Source: an uncultured virus (IMG/VR IMGVR_UViG_3300025890_001884)
Lineage: Duplodnaviria; Heunggongvirae; Uroviricota; Caudoviricetes
DNA: 64,000 bases
IMG/VR virus record: IMGVR_UViG_3300025890_001884
Strand: one strand, 5' to 3'
Under the pieces are notes generated by a model. That model had not been told where the DNA came from. It did no database searches and saw only the letters and a program-made list of their open reading frames with translations. A program made the translations under genes and the position numbers. Each line of letters starts with the position of its first letter. Within the stretch, counting starts at the first letter, position 1. Of this stretch, positions 9,407 to 18,944 are shown piece after piece.

Positions 9407-10235
9407 CTATAAAAATTGTGCTACTAACAGGTCTACAAATGAATTGTGGACTGAGTATGATTATACTTTTTGTGAAGAACAAGAGTGGGATGTAGAGTTC
9501 TGCTCAGACACATTAGGAAGAACGCCAGTATCAATTAGAAAAGCTAAACAGAAATACAATTTAACTTTTCACAAGCCGTCCCTATGGGAGAAAGGTGGAA
9601 AGAGATGGCATCCACTAGCTAAGGCAATACTATTTGAGTATAAGAAAAAACACATAGAAGATAAAACTCCTATACTACAAGATGAATGGTTTGAGATACA
9701 AAGAAAGTTATATGATGTAGAAGGTTTCTACAGAAATTACAAGCAGTGCGATATGCAAACCGAAGCTAAGCGAATGGTTAATCATCGTCAGACTGAATAT
9801 TCAAGAGCAGATATACATGACTCTTGGACAGTATTAAAAGAACCTACAGATGCTAAAGATATTATAAAAGTAGTATGCCCTGTGGGACACGAGTTCACTC
9901 ATCATTTTCATGCGTGGACAGATAAAGACATAGGTTGTTTAGCCTGTGCAAGAAAAGAAGATTCAACATTGTACTTTTTAGATTTTGGCGAATTTATAAA
10001 GATAGGTATTACTGTCAAGACTCCAGAGAAACGATTTCCTGAGTATGAGTTTGATACAATACTAACAATAGACAAGATAGGCTGGGGGCATGCCCACTAT
10101 ATAGAACAACAAATTATTAAAAACAACAAAGAGTTTGCAACAGAACCTGAATTACTAGTAGGCAATGGCTCAACAGAGTGTTTCACTCCTGCTGCAAAAC
10201 AATCAATTTTAGAGGAATTAAAACAATGGCAGTAG
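9396..10235 (+). CDS. Putative free-standing homing endonuclease (C-terminal GIY-YIG/T5orf172-like domain)
   Basis: CPVGH...CLAC Zn motif, then LYFLDFGEFIKIGIT...RF...EQQI...GSTECF. Inserted between primase and polA. Confidence 0.55.
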   Translation: MANNYKNCATNRSTNELWTEYDYTFCEEQEWDVEFCSDTLGRTPVSIRKAKQKYNLTFHKPSLWEKGGKRWHPLAKAILFEYKKKHIEDKTPILQDEWFEIQRKLYDVEGFYRNYKQCDMQTEAKRMVNHRQTEYSRADIHDSWTVLKEPTDAKDIIKVVCPVGHEFTHHFHAWTDKDIGCLACARKEDSTLYFLDFGEFIKIGITVKTPEKRFPEYEFDTILTIDKIGWGHAHYIEQQIIKNNKEFATEPELLVGNGSTECFTPAAKQSILEELKQWQ

Positions 10236-12487
10236 CAATAATAGAGACCAAGATGTCATCTACCAACTGGGATAGATACTTCGATTTTGAGGTAGACCGA
10301 TATGCTCTATGCTCAAATTCGAGTATCAAAAAAGTCTTGAAAAAAGATGTGGATATAGAAATCGATACTGATGCGTACGAATGGCTCATTCTTGTAGGTT
10401 CAGAGGCTTTCAAAATGTATACAAAAAAGACATCAGTAACAGAGTTCAATGGAAAAGTTTGCGATTCTAAGTTTTTAGGTTTAATTAATCCTGCAATGAT
10501 TAAGTTCAAACCAGAAGCAAAGACAGAGTTCGAGCGTGCAGTCGAGAGTATATCGAAATACATAAGCGGAGAACTTAAACAAGAAAGACTCGGAGAAGAT
10601 AAATGTTATGGAATCACAGAAACAAGTGACTTAATGATTTATCTTAATAAAGCACTAGCAGATAAGAAAGATTATGTTGCACTAGATAGTGAGACTTCTG
10701 CTTTATATTGTAGAGATGGTTATATGTTAGGATTCTCTATGTCTTATGAAGCTAATCATGGAGTTTACGTTGACTGCGAGGCAATTGATGAAGAAGCTGA
10801 AGCTCTTATGCAGAAGATATTTGATACTAAGAGAATAGTATTTCATAATAGTAAGTTTGATTTACAATGGTTTGAGTACCATTTCAACTTTAAGTTTCCA
10901 AGATTTGAAGATACAATGTTAATGCACTATATGTTTGATGAACAACCAGGAAAGCATGGACTTAAACAGTTAGCAATCAAACACACACCATATGGAGACT
11001 ACGAACAAGAGCTAGACCAGTGGAGAGAAAGCTATTGTAAGACTCATGGAATACTCAAAGGAGATTTCAGTTATGACTTGATACCATTTGAAGTAATGAA
11101 AACATATGCAGCAATGGATGCAGTAGTTACTTTATTATTGTTTGAGAAGTTTGAAGCTCCTCTTAGAAGTAACGACAAACTATATTGGGTGTATAAGAAT
11201 CTACTCATCGAAGGAGTAAGATTCCTTAAAGATGCAGAGTCTAACGGTGTACCTTTCGATAAGGCTAGACTAGAGTTTGGACAAAAGAGAATGAATGAAG
11301 ATATTAATAAGGCAGTTGCAGAACTATACAAGTTTACCGAAGTAAAAGCTTACGAGAAAGCTAAAGGTTCTGACTTCAATCCTAACTCTACAGTACAACT
11401 TAGAGAGTTATTATTTGACTATTTAAATCTGACCCCAACGGGGAAGAAAACAGGCACAGGAGCCCACAGCACAGATGCGGAAGTTCTCGGACAACTCGCA
11501 GAGGAACATGAAGTACCTAAACATATTCTTGAAATAAGACAGAAAGTTAAGATTAAATCTACCTATCTTGATAAAATTATACCTAACCTTGATAGAGATT
11601 CAAGGCTTCGTACAAACTTTAACCTACACGGAACTACAAGCGGAAGGCTATCATCTAGTGGTAAACTAAATATGCAACAACTTCCAAGAGACAATCCGAC
11701 TGTAAAAGGTTGTATCAAAGCAAAAGAAGGATACAAGATAGTTGCAATGGACTTAACAACAGCAGAAGTTTATTGTGCTGCGATACTCGCAAAGGATAGA
11801 GGACTACAGAATGTATTTAAGTCAGGTGGTAATTTCCACAGTACGATTGCTAAACAAGTATTCAGACTACCAGGAGAGGTAGAAGAAGTTGCAGAGTTCT
11901 ATCCTGCCAAAAGACAACAGGCAAAAGCCGTTACCTTTGGTATTATGTATGGAGCAGGCCCGAAAAAGATTAGTGAACAGGTCACGAAGGATAGTGGAGA
12001 ATACTTTTCACCACTTCAAGCGAAAGAAGTTATTGATGATTACTTCGAGGCTTTTCCTAAACTCAAAGAATGGTTAGACAATACTCAAAAATTTATTCAA
12101 GCAAATGGATATGTATATTCTCACTTCGGAAGAAAGAGAAGATTGCCAAATGTCTTTAGTAAAGATAAAGGTATTGCGTCACACGAAGTTCGTAGTGGTG
12201 TAAATGCTCTCGTTCAATCTGTGTCTAGTGATATTAATTTATTAGGTGCAATTGATATGCAGAAACATATTGTTGCTACAGGCATGGATGCCAAGATATT
12301 TGCACTCGTTCACGATTCAGTTTTAGCAGAAGTAAAAGAAGAAATAGTAGAAGAATATAGTGCTAAACTGAAAGAAGTTATACAAAAAGATAGAGGACTT
12401 ATGATACCAGGAGCTCCAGTTGGATGTGACTTTGATGTTGCTGATGACTACAGTTTAGGTAAGTTCGAGAAACTATATGGTATTTGA
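10226..12487 (+). CDS. polA: Family A DNA polymerase with 3'-5' exonuclease
   Basis: ExoI ALDSET, HNSKFD, YAAMDA; TTSGRLSS; motif B RQQAKAVTFGIMYG; motif C VHDS. Likely start MAVAIIETK after GAGG. Confidence 0.95.
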   Translation: MAVAIIETKMSSTNWDRYFDFEVDRYALCSNSSIKKVLKKDVDIEIDTDAYEWLILVGSEAFKMYTKKTSVTEFNGKVCDSKFLGLINPAMIKFKPEAKTEFERAVESISKYISGELKQERLGEDKCYGITETSDLMIYLNKALADKKDYVALDSETSALYCRDGYMLGFSMSYEANHGVYVDCEAIDEEAEALMQKIFDTKRIVFHNSKFDLQWFEYHFNFKFPRFEDTMLMHYMFDEQPGKHGLKQLAIKHTPYGDYEQELDQWRESYCKTHGILKGDFSYDLIPFEVMKTYAAMDAVVTLLLFEKFEAPLRSNDKLYWVYKNLLIEGVRFLKDAESNGVPFDKARLEFGQKRMNEDINKAVAELYKFTEVKAYEKAKGSDFNPNSTVQLRELLFDYLNLTPTGKKTGTGAHSTDAEVLGQLAEEHEVPKHILEIRQKVKIKSTYLDKIIPNLDRDSRLRTNFNLHGTTSGRLSSSGKLNMQQLPRDNPTVKGCIKAKEGYKIVAMDLTTAEVYCAAILAKDRGLQNVFKSGGNFHSTIAKQVFRLPGEVEEVAEFYPAKRQQAKAVTFGIMYGAGPKKISEQVTKDSGEYFSPLQAKEVIDDYFEAFPKLKEWLDNTQKFIQANGYVYSHFGRKRRLPNVFSKDKGIASHEVRSGVNALVQSVSSDINLLGAIDMQKHIVATGMDAKIFALVHDSVLAEVKEEIVEEYSAKLKEVIQKDRGLMIPGAPVGCDFDVADDYSLGKFEKLYGI

Positions 12488-13121
12488 AGACTTACAGATA
12501 TGTTTTATACATATTCCTAAATGTGGTGGGACAAGTGTTTCTACGCAATATTTAACAAGTAGAAATATAAGAAACTTTTTTGGGAAAACTTGGAGAACTG
12601 GATTAGAAGTACAATTCGATAGAGCTATAGGAAGAAAAGGAGATAGACAAGTACTTCATAATATGCACGCAGATGCAGACCAATATTATCCTGTATTTAG
12701 AGAATATGATATGATAACGCAAGTAAGGAATCCTCATCATAGATTTGCTAGTGCATACAAGCATTTATCTAGTATAGAATTAATAGATACTCCATTTGTA
12801 AAATGGGTTCCTCGTGCTATTGAAAGTTTATATACAGGAAACTGGTCAGCATCTTTAGATGCAGGTCATCAGTACATACAGCACTTGCACATTGTAAATC
12901 CAGGATTTGATGCAAGTATTTTATTTAAACATCAATACAGCTATATCAGACCTGAAGTAGAAGTACACAAGTTAGAGGAAGGAACAATTTGGAAAAGACT
13001 GGGAATAAAACCAGGTAAACATAATGTAAGTGAAAAAGAGTATAAGACACCTTGGACAGCACATAACAGTATGTTAGTTAGAGATTATTATGAAAGAGAC
13101 TTTGAAGAACTCGGATATTGA
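12477..13121 (+). CDS. Sulfotransferase (Sulfotransfer_2-like)
   Basis: 5'-PSB FIHIPKCGGTSV, 3'-PB VRNPHHRFASAY, C-terminal YYERDFEELGY. Confidence 0.85.
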   Translation: MVFEDLQICFIHIPKCGGTSVSTQYLTSRNIRNFFGKTWRTGLEVQFDRAIGRKGDRQVLHNMHADADQYYPVFREYDMITQVRNPHHRFASAYKHLSSIELIDTPFVKWVPRAIESLYTGNWSASLDAGHQYIQHLHIVNPGFDASILFKHQYSYIRPEVEVHKLEEGTIWKRLGIKPGKHNVSEKEYKTPWTAHNSMLVRDYYERDFEELGY

Positions 13122-13785
13122 TAGCATTATACCATGCGGTGGCGGTATTGAAACTGCAGCTGCTGTTGCTTGGGCAGTTGGGCAAGGTTATAAACCTGTT
13201 CTATTTACAGAAGTTTTAGATAGAAAGTCTCCTGCACAAAAAGGAATGACTAGAGCAAGTGAATATATTGCAAAGTATTTTGACTTAGAATTTTTTATTA
13301 GTTATAATGATGTGCCTATGGAGAATGAAAGTGTACCCCCTAGCGATTATATTATACACAATCCAATAAAATTAATTCTAGGAAATCCTAGTCTTAGATT
13401 TAAGTATTTTATTTTAGGAGGCAATTCAGAAGATAGTTTGCAACAAAGAATACAAGTACGATATATACAAAAGTTAGTGGCTGCAAGATGGAGTAATCAA
13501 TGGGATATGCACGGACTAGACTGGAGACACTTTTTGAAAGTCCCTCACGCACTATTTCCTATGGAGTATTTAACAAAGTCAGAAATCATATCAATAATGA
13601 TGAGAAAACACCCAGACCTTGTAAAGAATACATGGACTTGTATACGTCCTGTAAAAGAAGAAAACAATTATAAACAATGCGGACAATGTCCGAAATGCAA
13701 CGAATGGAGTTCAGCACTAAGACAGGCTAAGAACTCTAACATTAAAGTTATGGAAGGAAGAAAATATGAGTTTGATATGCGTTAG
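13090..13785 (+). CDS. QueC-like PP-loop protein (copy 2)
   Basis: PCGGGIETAAAVAWAV parallels copy 1 (LSGGLECAAALWYAV). TWTC...QCGQCPKC Zn site. Confidence 0.65.
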   Translation: MKETLKNSDIDSIIPCGGGIETAAAVAWAVGQGYKPVLFTEVLDRKSPAQKGMTRASEYIAKYFDLEFFISYNDVPMENESVPPSDYIIHNPIKLILGNPSLRFKYFILGGNSEDSLQQRIQVRYIQKLVAARWSNQWDMHGLDWRHFLKVPHALFPMEYLTKSEIISIMMRKHPDLVKNTWTCIRPVKEENNYKQCGQCPKCNEWSSALRQAKNSNIKVMEGRKYEFDMR

Positions 13786-14293
13786 TAAAGAGTGGCACGA
13801 GTTAACAATACAAGAGCTATATAGAATCATACAGTTAAGAATCGAAGGATTTATAGTACAAAATAAAACTTGTTATCAAGATTTAGAAGCACACTACGAC
13901 CAAAATGGATGGTATACTATGTACTATGATACAACACTAGGTATGAATCCACAGTCAATGGTAGGGCAAACGCAGTTTTGTACTCTTAAGACTTTTTATG
14001 GTAGTGATGGTACAGCTTATAATTATCCTGCATGGCGTAGACAAACATGGGTGCCAGGATATAGAAATCCTGAAGAAGAACACGAACAGACTACTGCAGC
14101 TTGTATGAAGTATACAGGAAAGCCCTATATGATGTGTGAAGTAATAGAATGGGGATATGTAGAACATATCGTAGGATTGGGGTGGACTTGTGTTACAGAT
14201 GAGCCTTACTATGATGATGCAGGTAGACCTAATTGGGTGCTTGTGAACCATGACATAGATTTTAAGGAGAAATTTAATGCGGGCACAGTATAA
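13766..14293 (+). CDS. ElaA-like GNAT-family protein (copy 2)
   Basis: LTIQELYRIIQLRIEGFIVQNKTCYQDLE, YPAWRRQ and DDAGRPNW make it a clear paralogue of 238..714. Confidence 0.65.
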   Translation: MSLICVSKEWHELTIQELYRIIQLRIEGFIVQNKTCYQDLEAHYDQNGWYTMYYDTTLGMNPQSMVGQTQFCTLKTFYGSDGTAYNYPAWRRQTWVPGYRNPEEEHEQTTAACMKYTGKPYMMCEVIEWGYVEHIVGLGWTCVTDEPYYDDAGRPNWVLVNHDIDFKEKFNAGTV

Positions 14294-14831
14294 AGATGGG
14301 TCAAAAGTTATAACAAAAAAGCTAGTGAGAAAACAATTAGACAGTAACGTTCCTTGTAATCAAATAGAGTTTGATGTAGATAAAGACTGGTTATTAGATA
14401 AAGCTTTGAAGTGTGAAAGAAAACAGTTCTATCATCATGGAAGAAAGGAAGAAAAAGTTGAAGGCTACAAGTACGCACATATAAGCTATCCCGAGCTAGA
14501 GATAATGGTAGGTGAGAACGGTTTAAATTTAAACTGTAAGTATAATATGAAGTTTGTATTTATTGCTCCTAATGCTACTATTGGTTGGCATAAAGACTGG
14601 GGCACAAAGTGTGCATTTAATTGGGTAATAAATGGTAACAAAGCAGCTATACGATACTCCAATGGACAAGAGGGCGCTCAACTCGATTACGCGTATAAAT
14701 CTGCACTAATAAATACGCAGGAAGAACATATGGTACAAAATAATGACAAAGAACGAATACTGTTTAAAATATCTATATTCGATAGAAGCTACGAGGAAAT
14801 ATGCAACAAGTTCAATTCCCGATTTATGTAA
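14277..14831 (+). CDS. Double-stranded beta-helix (cupin/2OG-Fe-like) protein
   Basis: IGWHKD (HxD) and distal EHMVQN...R. Confidence 0.45.
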   Translation: MRAQYKDGSKVITKKLVRKQLDSNVPCNQIEFDVDKDWLLDKALKCERKQFYHHGRKEEKVEGYKYAHISYPELEIMVGENGLNLNCKYNMKFVFIAPNATIGWHKDWGTKCAFNWVINGNKAAIRYSNGQEGAQLDYAYKSALINTQEEHMVQNNDKERILFKISIFDRSYEEICNKFNSRFM

Positions 14832-15274
14832 TTCATAGTGATAATGTAGAAGAATTAGATGGTATACTTTGGCTAGATGACCAAGTATTAGATGACAAAA
14901 ATATGCAAGGGGAAACTCTAGGAATGAGAAGAATACAAACCCCAATGAAAAGTATCTATCCTTTAAGATATATGATTGAAGATGAAATCAGTATGTTAAA
15001 GCATAGAGGAACAACCTTTATAGATAGTAAAGGAAAAATCATTGTTAAAGAAAAAAATAGAACAGCTAAACTTATGTATCATAAGATTAGAAAAAGAGAA
15101 TTAAAAGAAGTAGCGACTGTAATATGGCTGACTGGAGTTCCTTTTCCTTTTATAGAGAAAAGACCACCACCAGCTAAATATACATGGGCAGGAGTATTAC
15201 ATTTATCAGGCTTTCCTTGGAAAGTGTGGGAATATTGTGAAGAAAAGAAAAAAGATAGTTGGAGAAAAGTTTGA
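14801..15274 (+). CDS. Conserved T5-like hypothetical protein (normally between pol and D10)
   Basis: FPIY...VLDDKNMQGETLGMRR resembles the T5 post-polymerase ORF. Confidence 0.55.
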   Translation: MQQVQFPIYVIHSDNVEELDGILWLDDQVLDDKNMQGETLGMRRIQTPMKSIYPLRYMIEDEISMLKHRGTTFIDSKGKIIVKEKNRTAKLMYHKIRKRELKEVATVIWLTGVPFPFIEKRPPPAKYTWAGVLHLSGFPWKVWEYCEEKKKDSWRKV

Positions 15275-15480
15275 ACTTACGAACAAAAATTAATGAAAGA
15301 ATGGATATACTACAGGGATGGATGGAACAAGATTACCATTTAGCTAGACCTGAAGTAGTATATGAGCATACATTAACTGTTAGTAAGTTTTGGTCAGTAT
15401 TATCTGAAGAAGATAGGGACTATATACAGGCGGTACAGTCTGCAATAGATAGTGAATCAAAAATATCATGGAAAAGATGA
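15271..15480 (+). CDS. Hypothetical protein
   Basis: ORF coupled to both neighbours. Start uncertain (15259 or 15271). Confidence 0.5.
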   Translation: MNLRTKINERMDILQGWMEQDYHLARPEVVYEHTLTVSKFWSVLSEEDRDYIQAVQSAIDSESKISWKR

Positions 15481-15743
15481 ATCATATAGGCAAAGAAGCC
15501 AGACGTAAAAAGAAAGAAAACTTCGCTTGGTGGATAAAGTGGGCATCTTCTGTGGCTATTTTAGGAGCAATGTCAATTAGATCTGCAGGCGTATTGCCTA
15601 CAGCTGACCTGGTATTGTCGTTTATAGGAGTGTTCGGATGGACTTTAGTAGGATTACTATGGAAAGACCGAGCAATAATAGTATTAAATGCAGCAGGACT
15701 TACAATATTAGCAATAGGATTATTAAAAGTTGCTTTTGGATAA
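15468..15743 (+). CDS. Small membrane protein (about 3 TM helices)
   Basis: Three hydrophobic segments; WKDRAIIVLNA. Confidence 0.65.
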   Translation: MEKMNHIGKEARRKKKENFAWWIKWASSVAILGAMSIRSAGVLPTADLVLSFIGVFGWTLVGLLWKDRAIIVLNAAGLTILAIGLLKVAFG

Positions 15744-15760
15744 GTAAAAAGGAAAAATAT

Positions 15761-16036
15761 ATGAATACAAATGAAGCACAAGAATTAATGATAGCACTAG
15801 AAACTCACATTTGCTATGTAGAATACACTAGTTTAAATAGTGGTACTCAAAAAGAAAGGGAAATGACATGTTGCCCTTACTTTATCCCTAGTGGAAATGG
15901 ATTATCGTTTAATCAGAAAGCGTCTCTAATGGATAAATGTTTAGCATATGACATTGAGTTTGAAAGATGGGATGACATAGACTTAGAGACTATAACAGAT
16001 TGGTATACTATACAAGAACAACCTTATGAAGAATAA
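15761..16036 (+). CDS. Hypothetical protein (SH3/WYL-like)
   Basis: Start at MNTNEAQ after AAGGA. CYVEYTSLNSG..REMT and YDIEFERW pattern. Confidence 0.5.
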   Translation: MNTNEAQELMIALETHICYVEYTSLNSGTQKEREMTCCPYFIPSGNGLSFNQKASLMDKCLAYDIEFERWDDIDLETITDWYTIQEQPYEE

Positions 16037-16535
16037 GTATTTTGTTGTAAAAAATTATTTATCAGCAGATGAATGTGATGATTACATTGCACTTACTAGA
16101 GTACTTGACCCAAATCCTACTTTAGAAGTTGGACTAAAAACTAGAAATAAAGGACAGCATGCTGTAAATAGAACTTACTGGACTATACGTAGTATGGGCA
16201 AACATTTTAGACCTCTGAAACAATTAGCAGAAGAAAAGTTTGAATTAAAACCTGACTCATTAAAGTTTAAATGGCAACACTTTGCACATATTATGTGTTA
16301 TGATATCCCAGGTCAAGGATTAGAGTGGCATGCAGAACCTAATATCTCTACTGTGTCTGTATCTATTAATTTATCAAATGAGTGGGAATATGACGGTGCA
16401 GACTTTCAAATGAGAAACCTACCTGATTTAAAATTAAATAGAGGAGATGCAATATTATATAGTGGAAGCTGGGTACATAGAGTTTCTGACTTAGTAAGTG
16501 GAAGAAAATTAAGTTTTGTGATGTGGTTAAAATGA
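16026..16535 (+). CDS. 2OG-Fe(II) oxygenase (prolyl-hydroxylase-like)
   Basis: WHAE, YDGADF and HRVSDLVSGRKLSFVMW (HxE...H...R). Confidence 0.75.
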   Translation: MKNKYFVVKNYLSADECDDYIALTRVLDPNPTLEVGLKTRNKGQHAVNRTYWTIRSMGKHFRPLKQLAEEKFELKPDSLKFKWQHFAHIMCYDIPGQGLEWHAEPNISTVSVSINLSNEWEYDGADFQMRNLPDLKLNRGDAILYSGSWVHRVSDLVSGRKLSFVMWLK

Positions 16536-17050
16536 TTACATATAGTAGTTGGATTACTCCTGAAGAAGTAAGAGAAATAGAACAAACAATATTAGTAAAA
16601 GAAAAGTATGTATTAGATATTCCTCCAAGATGGCGAACTCCATTTAAAGGATTAACAGGTAAGTATTCTTGTTATAACTGGTTGGATGATTTTGAATTTT
16701 TAATACCTAAATTACAAACAATATTAAAGACTACTCATGTAGTACAATGCTGGGCTAATGTTTTGCGACAAGGAGAAGGAGTTCCAAGACATAAACATGC
16801 AAGGGGTAAGTCTCCTAATTTTAAATGTGGTAATTTATTTATAACAGGAGATACGAGTATAGGTACTGACTATGATTGGATAGGCAATATTCCTAGTACT
16901 CCTGGAGATTTACAATGGTTTGGTTGTCATTTATTTCATGAAGTAAAACCAAATATAAGTAAAAAAGAAAGAATTAGTTTGGCATTTGACTGTCATCCTA
17001 TACAAGAAGATATGAGTGTATTTACAAAAGGAGAATATAGAGAAATATAA
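16532..17050 (+). CDS. Putative 2OG-Fe(II) oxygenase
   Basis: WANVLRQGEGVPRHKH...LFHEVKPN...RISLAFD. Confidence 0.7.
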   Translation: MITYSSWITPEEVREIEQTILVKEKYVLDIPPRWRTPFKGLTGKYSCYNWLDDFEFLIPKLQTILKTTHVVQCWANVLRQGEGVPRHKHARGKSPNFKCGNLFITGDTSIGTDYDWIGNIPSTPGDLQWFGCHLFHEVKPNISKKERISLAFDCHPIQEDMSVFTKGEYREI

Positions 17051-18558
17051 TGTGCGGATTTATAGTAACACAAAATAAACATATGGCAGTAACAATGCTA
17101 CAACGACAAGAGTTCCGTGGACCTGATGGTATGGACTTCTGGTCTGATAACACTTTAACTCTTGGACATGCTCTATTAGACATTAGTGGGCAAAAGCAAA
17201 AACAACCATATAAGACTAGAAAAGGACATATACTTGTATTTAATGGAGAAATGTATGACACGACACAACCCAACGATACAAAGTTTTTAGCTAATGGATA
17301 TGATATGTATGGTCTAAGCTTTTTAGAATTTACAAATTGGCATGGGTCTATAGCAATATATCAACCTAAAGAAAAGAAAGTAACTTTAATTAGAGATCAA
17401 TTTGGTGCAAAACCATTATGGTATTATAAAAAAGGAAAAGCTTTTGCAGCTGCTACAAGTCTTAGAAGTTTTATAAGCAAAACAAAAAATGATAGTAAAG
17501 ATAAACAATTTATTTTTAATCCTTTATGGTCTGGTAATGCTTCGCCTTATCATAACATCCATAAAGTAGGCCCAGGACAAGTTATAGAACATAATTTAGA
17601 AACTGGTGTAACCGTTCAACGTAATCTATGGCAAAATTATCAAATAAGGTCATGGAAATTTGACAAGCAAGAATTTAGAAAAAGAACAATAGAGTCAATA
17701 AGAAAAATTGCTAAGAATAAACAAAAGACAGCAATATTTCTTAGTGGAGGCTTAGATAGTACATTTGCCTTATCTTGTATAAAAGACATGGGATTAGACT
17801 TAACAGCATATATTTGTCAGTATGATAAGAGTAGAGCGGAACATCAGAATCATGATGGTTTTAGAGGCGAAGGAGTTCTGGCAGAACGAACATGTAAAGA
17901 GTGGGGAATTCCATATAAAATTATTGTACTAAAGCAAGAAGATATGGCACATTTATCAAGAAAATGGATAGCAAACACTCACTTTCCTTGGGTTGACAGG
18001 AATAGACAAGCCCCGAGATACCTACTAGCCCAAGCAGCTAGTAGAGATGGTTGTAAAGTTGTAATTACAGGAGATAGTGCTGATGAACTATACACAGGAT
18101 ATAGACACCACTCCAAAAGAATAACAGACCCCAACTGGGATAAAGAAACAGTAAATAGATGTATAAAAATGGGGTGGTTTCCAAGTCAAGTTTTTTCTAA
18201 AACTGATAAATTTAATAATGGATTATTCTTTGATTTACTAGCTACATCAGAACAAAATATACTAGCAACTGACCAAACTTGTGGAATGTTTGGAATGGAA
18301 TCAAGACCTGTATTTTTAGGTCAAAACTATGTACAGTACATATACTCTTTTAATGGAGCAGTGAAGTTTAAACAACAGGAAGGTTGGTACCCAGGAACAT
18401 ACAAATATTTACTCAGAGAGGTGTTTGGAGATATGTTACCCAAACATGTTAGAGAAAGAAAAACAAAAATAGGTTGGTCTAGCCCTTGGAACAACAACTA
18501 TGAGCCTATGACAGATAAATGGCACAGAGAAGATTTGGATTATCTAACAGTATTATGA
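17050..18558 (+). CDS. Asparagine synthetase B-like glutamine amidotransferase
   Basis: N-terminal MCG (Ntn Cys), RGPD, FNGE, RDQFGAKPL, PP-loop LSGGLDS, TGDSADELY. Confidence 0.9.
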   Translation: MCGFIVTQNKHMAVTMLQRQEFRGPDGMDFWSDNTLTLGHALLDISGQKQKQPYKTRKGHILVFNGEMYDTTQPNDTKFLANGYDMYGLSFLEFTNWHGSIAIYQPKEKKVTLIRDQFGAKPLWYYKKGKAFAAATSLRSFISKTKNDSKDKQFIFNPLWSGNASPYHNIHKVGPGQVIEHNLETGVTVQRNLWQNYQIRSWKFDKQEFRKRTIESIRKIAKNKQKTAIFLSGGLDSTFALSCIKDMGLDLTAYICQYDKSRAEHQNHDGFRGEGVLAERTCKEWGIPYKIIVLKQEDMAHLSRKWIANTHFPWVDRNRQAPRYLLAQAASRDGCKVVITGDSADELYTGYRHHSKRITDPNWDKETVNRCIKMGWFPSQVFSKTDKFNNGLFFDLLATSEQNILATDQTCGMFGMESRPVFLGQNYVQYIYSFNGAVKFKQQEGWYPGTYKYLLREVFGDMLPKHVRERKTKIGWSSPWNNNYEPMTDKWHREDLDYLTVL

Positions 18559-18944
18559 TAGGTTTTACATGCGGAGCATTTGATTTATTACACGCAGGAC
18601 ATATAGTAATGTTAAAGGAAGCGAAAGATAACTGCGATTATTTAATAGTAGGATTACAGACTGACCCAAGTATAGACAGGCAAGACAAAAATCAACCTGT
18701 ACAGTCTGTATACGAAAGGTATATACAACTTAGAGCAGTTAAATATATTGATGAGATTATACCTTATGATACAGAACAAAGTTTACTTGATTTGTTAGAA
18801 GCTACTCAAATACAACTTCGGTTTGTAGGGGAAGATTGGACAGATAAACATTTTACAGGAAAAGGATTGCACGAAGTATATTATACTAGTAGAGCACATT
18901 CTTTCTCAACAACACAACTAAGGAACAGAATAAATGATAGATGA
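18555..18944 (+). CDS. Cytidylyltransferase (TagD/RfaE-like)
   Basis: GAFDLLHAGH (HxGH) and C-terminal FSTTQLR. Confidence 0.88.
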   Translation: MIGFTCGAFDLLHAGHIVMLKEAKDNCDYLIVGLQTDPSIDRQDKNQPVQSVYERYIQLRAVKYIDEIIPYDTEQSLLDLLEATQIQLRFVGEDWTDKHFTGKGLHEVYYTSRAHSFSTTQLRNRINDR

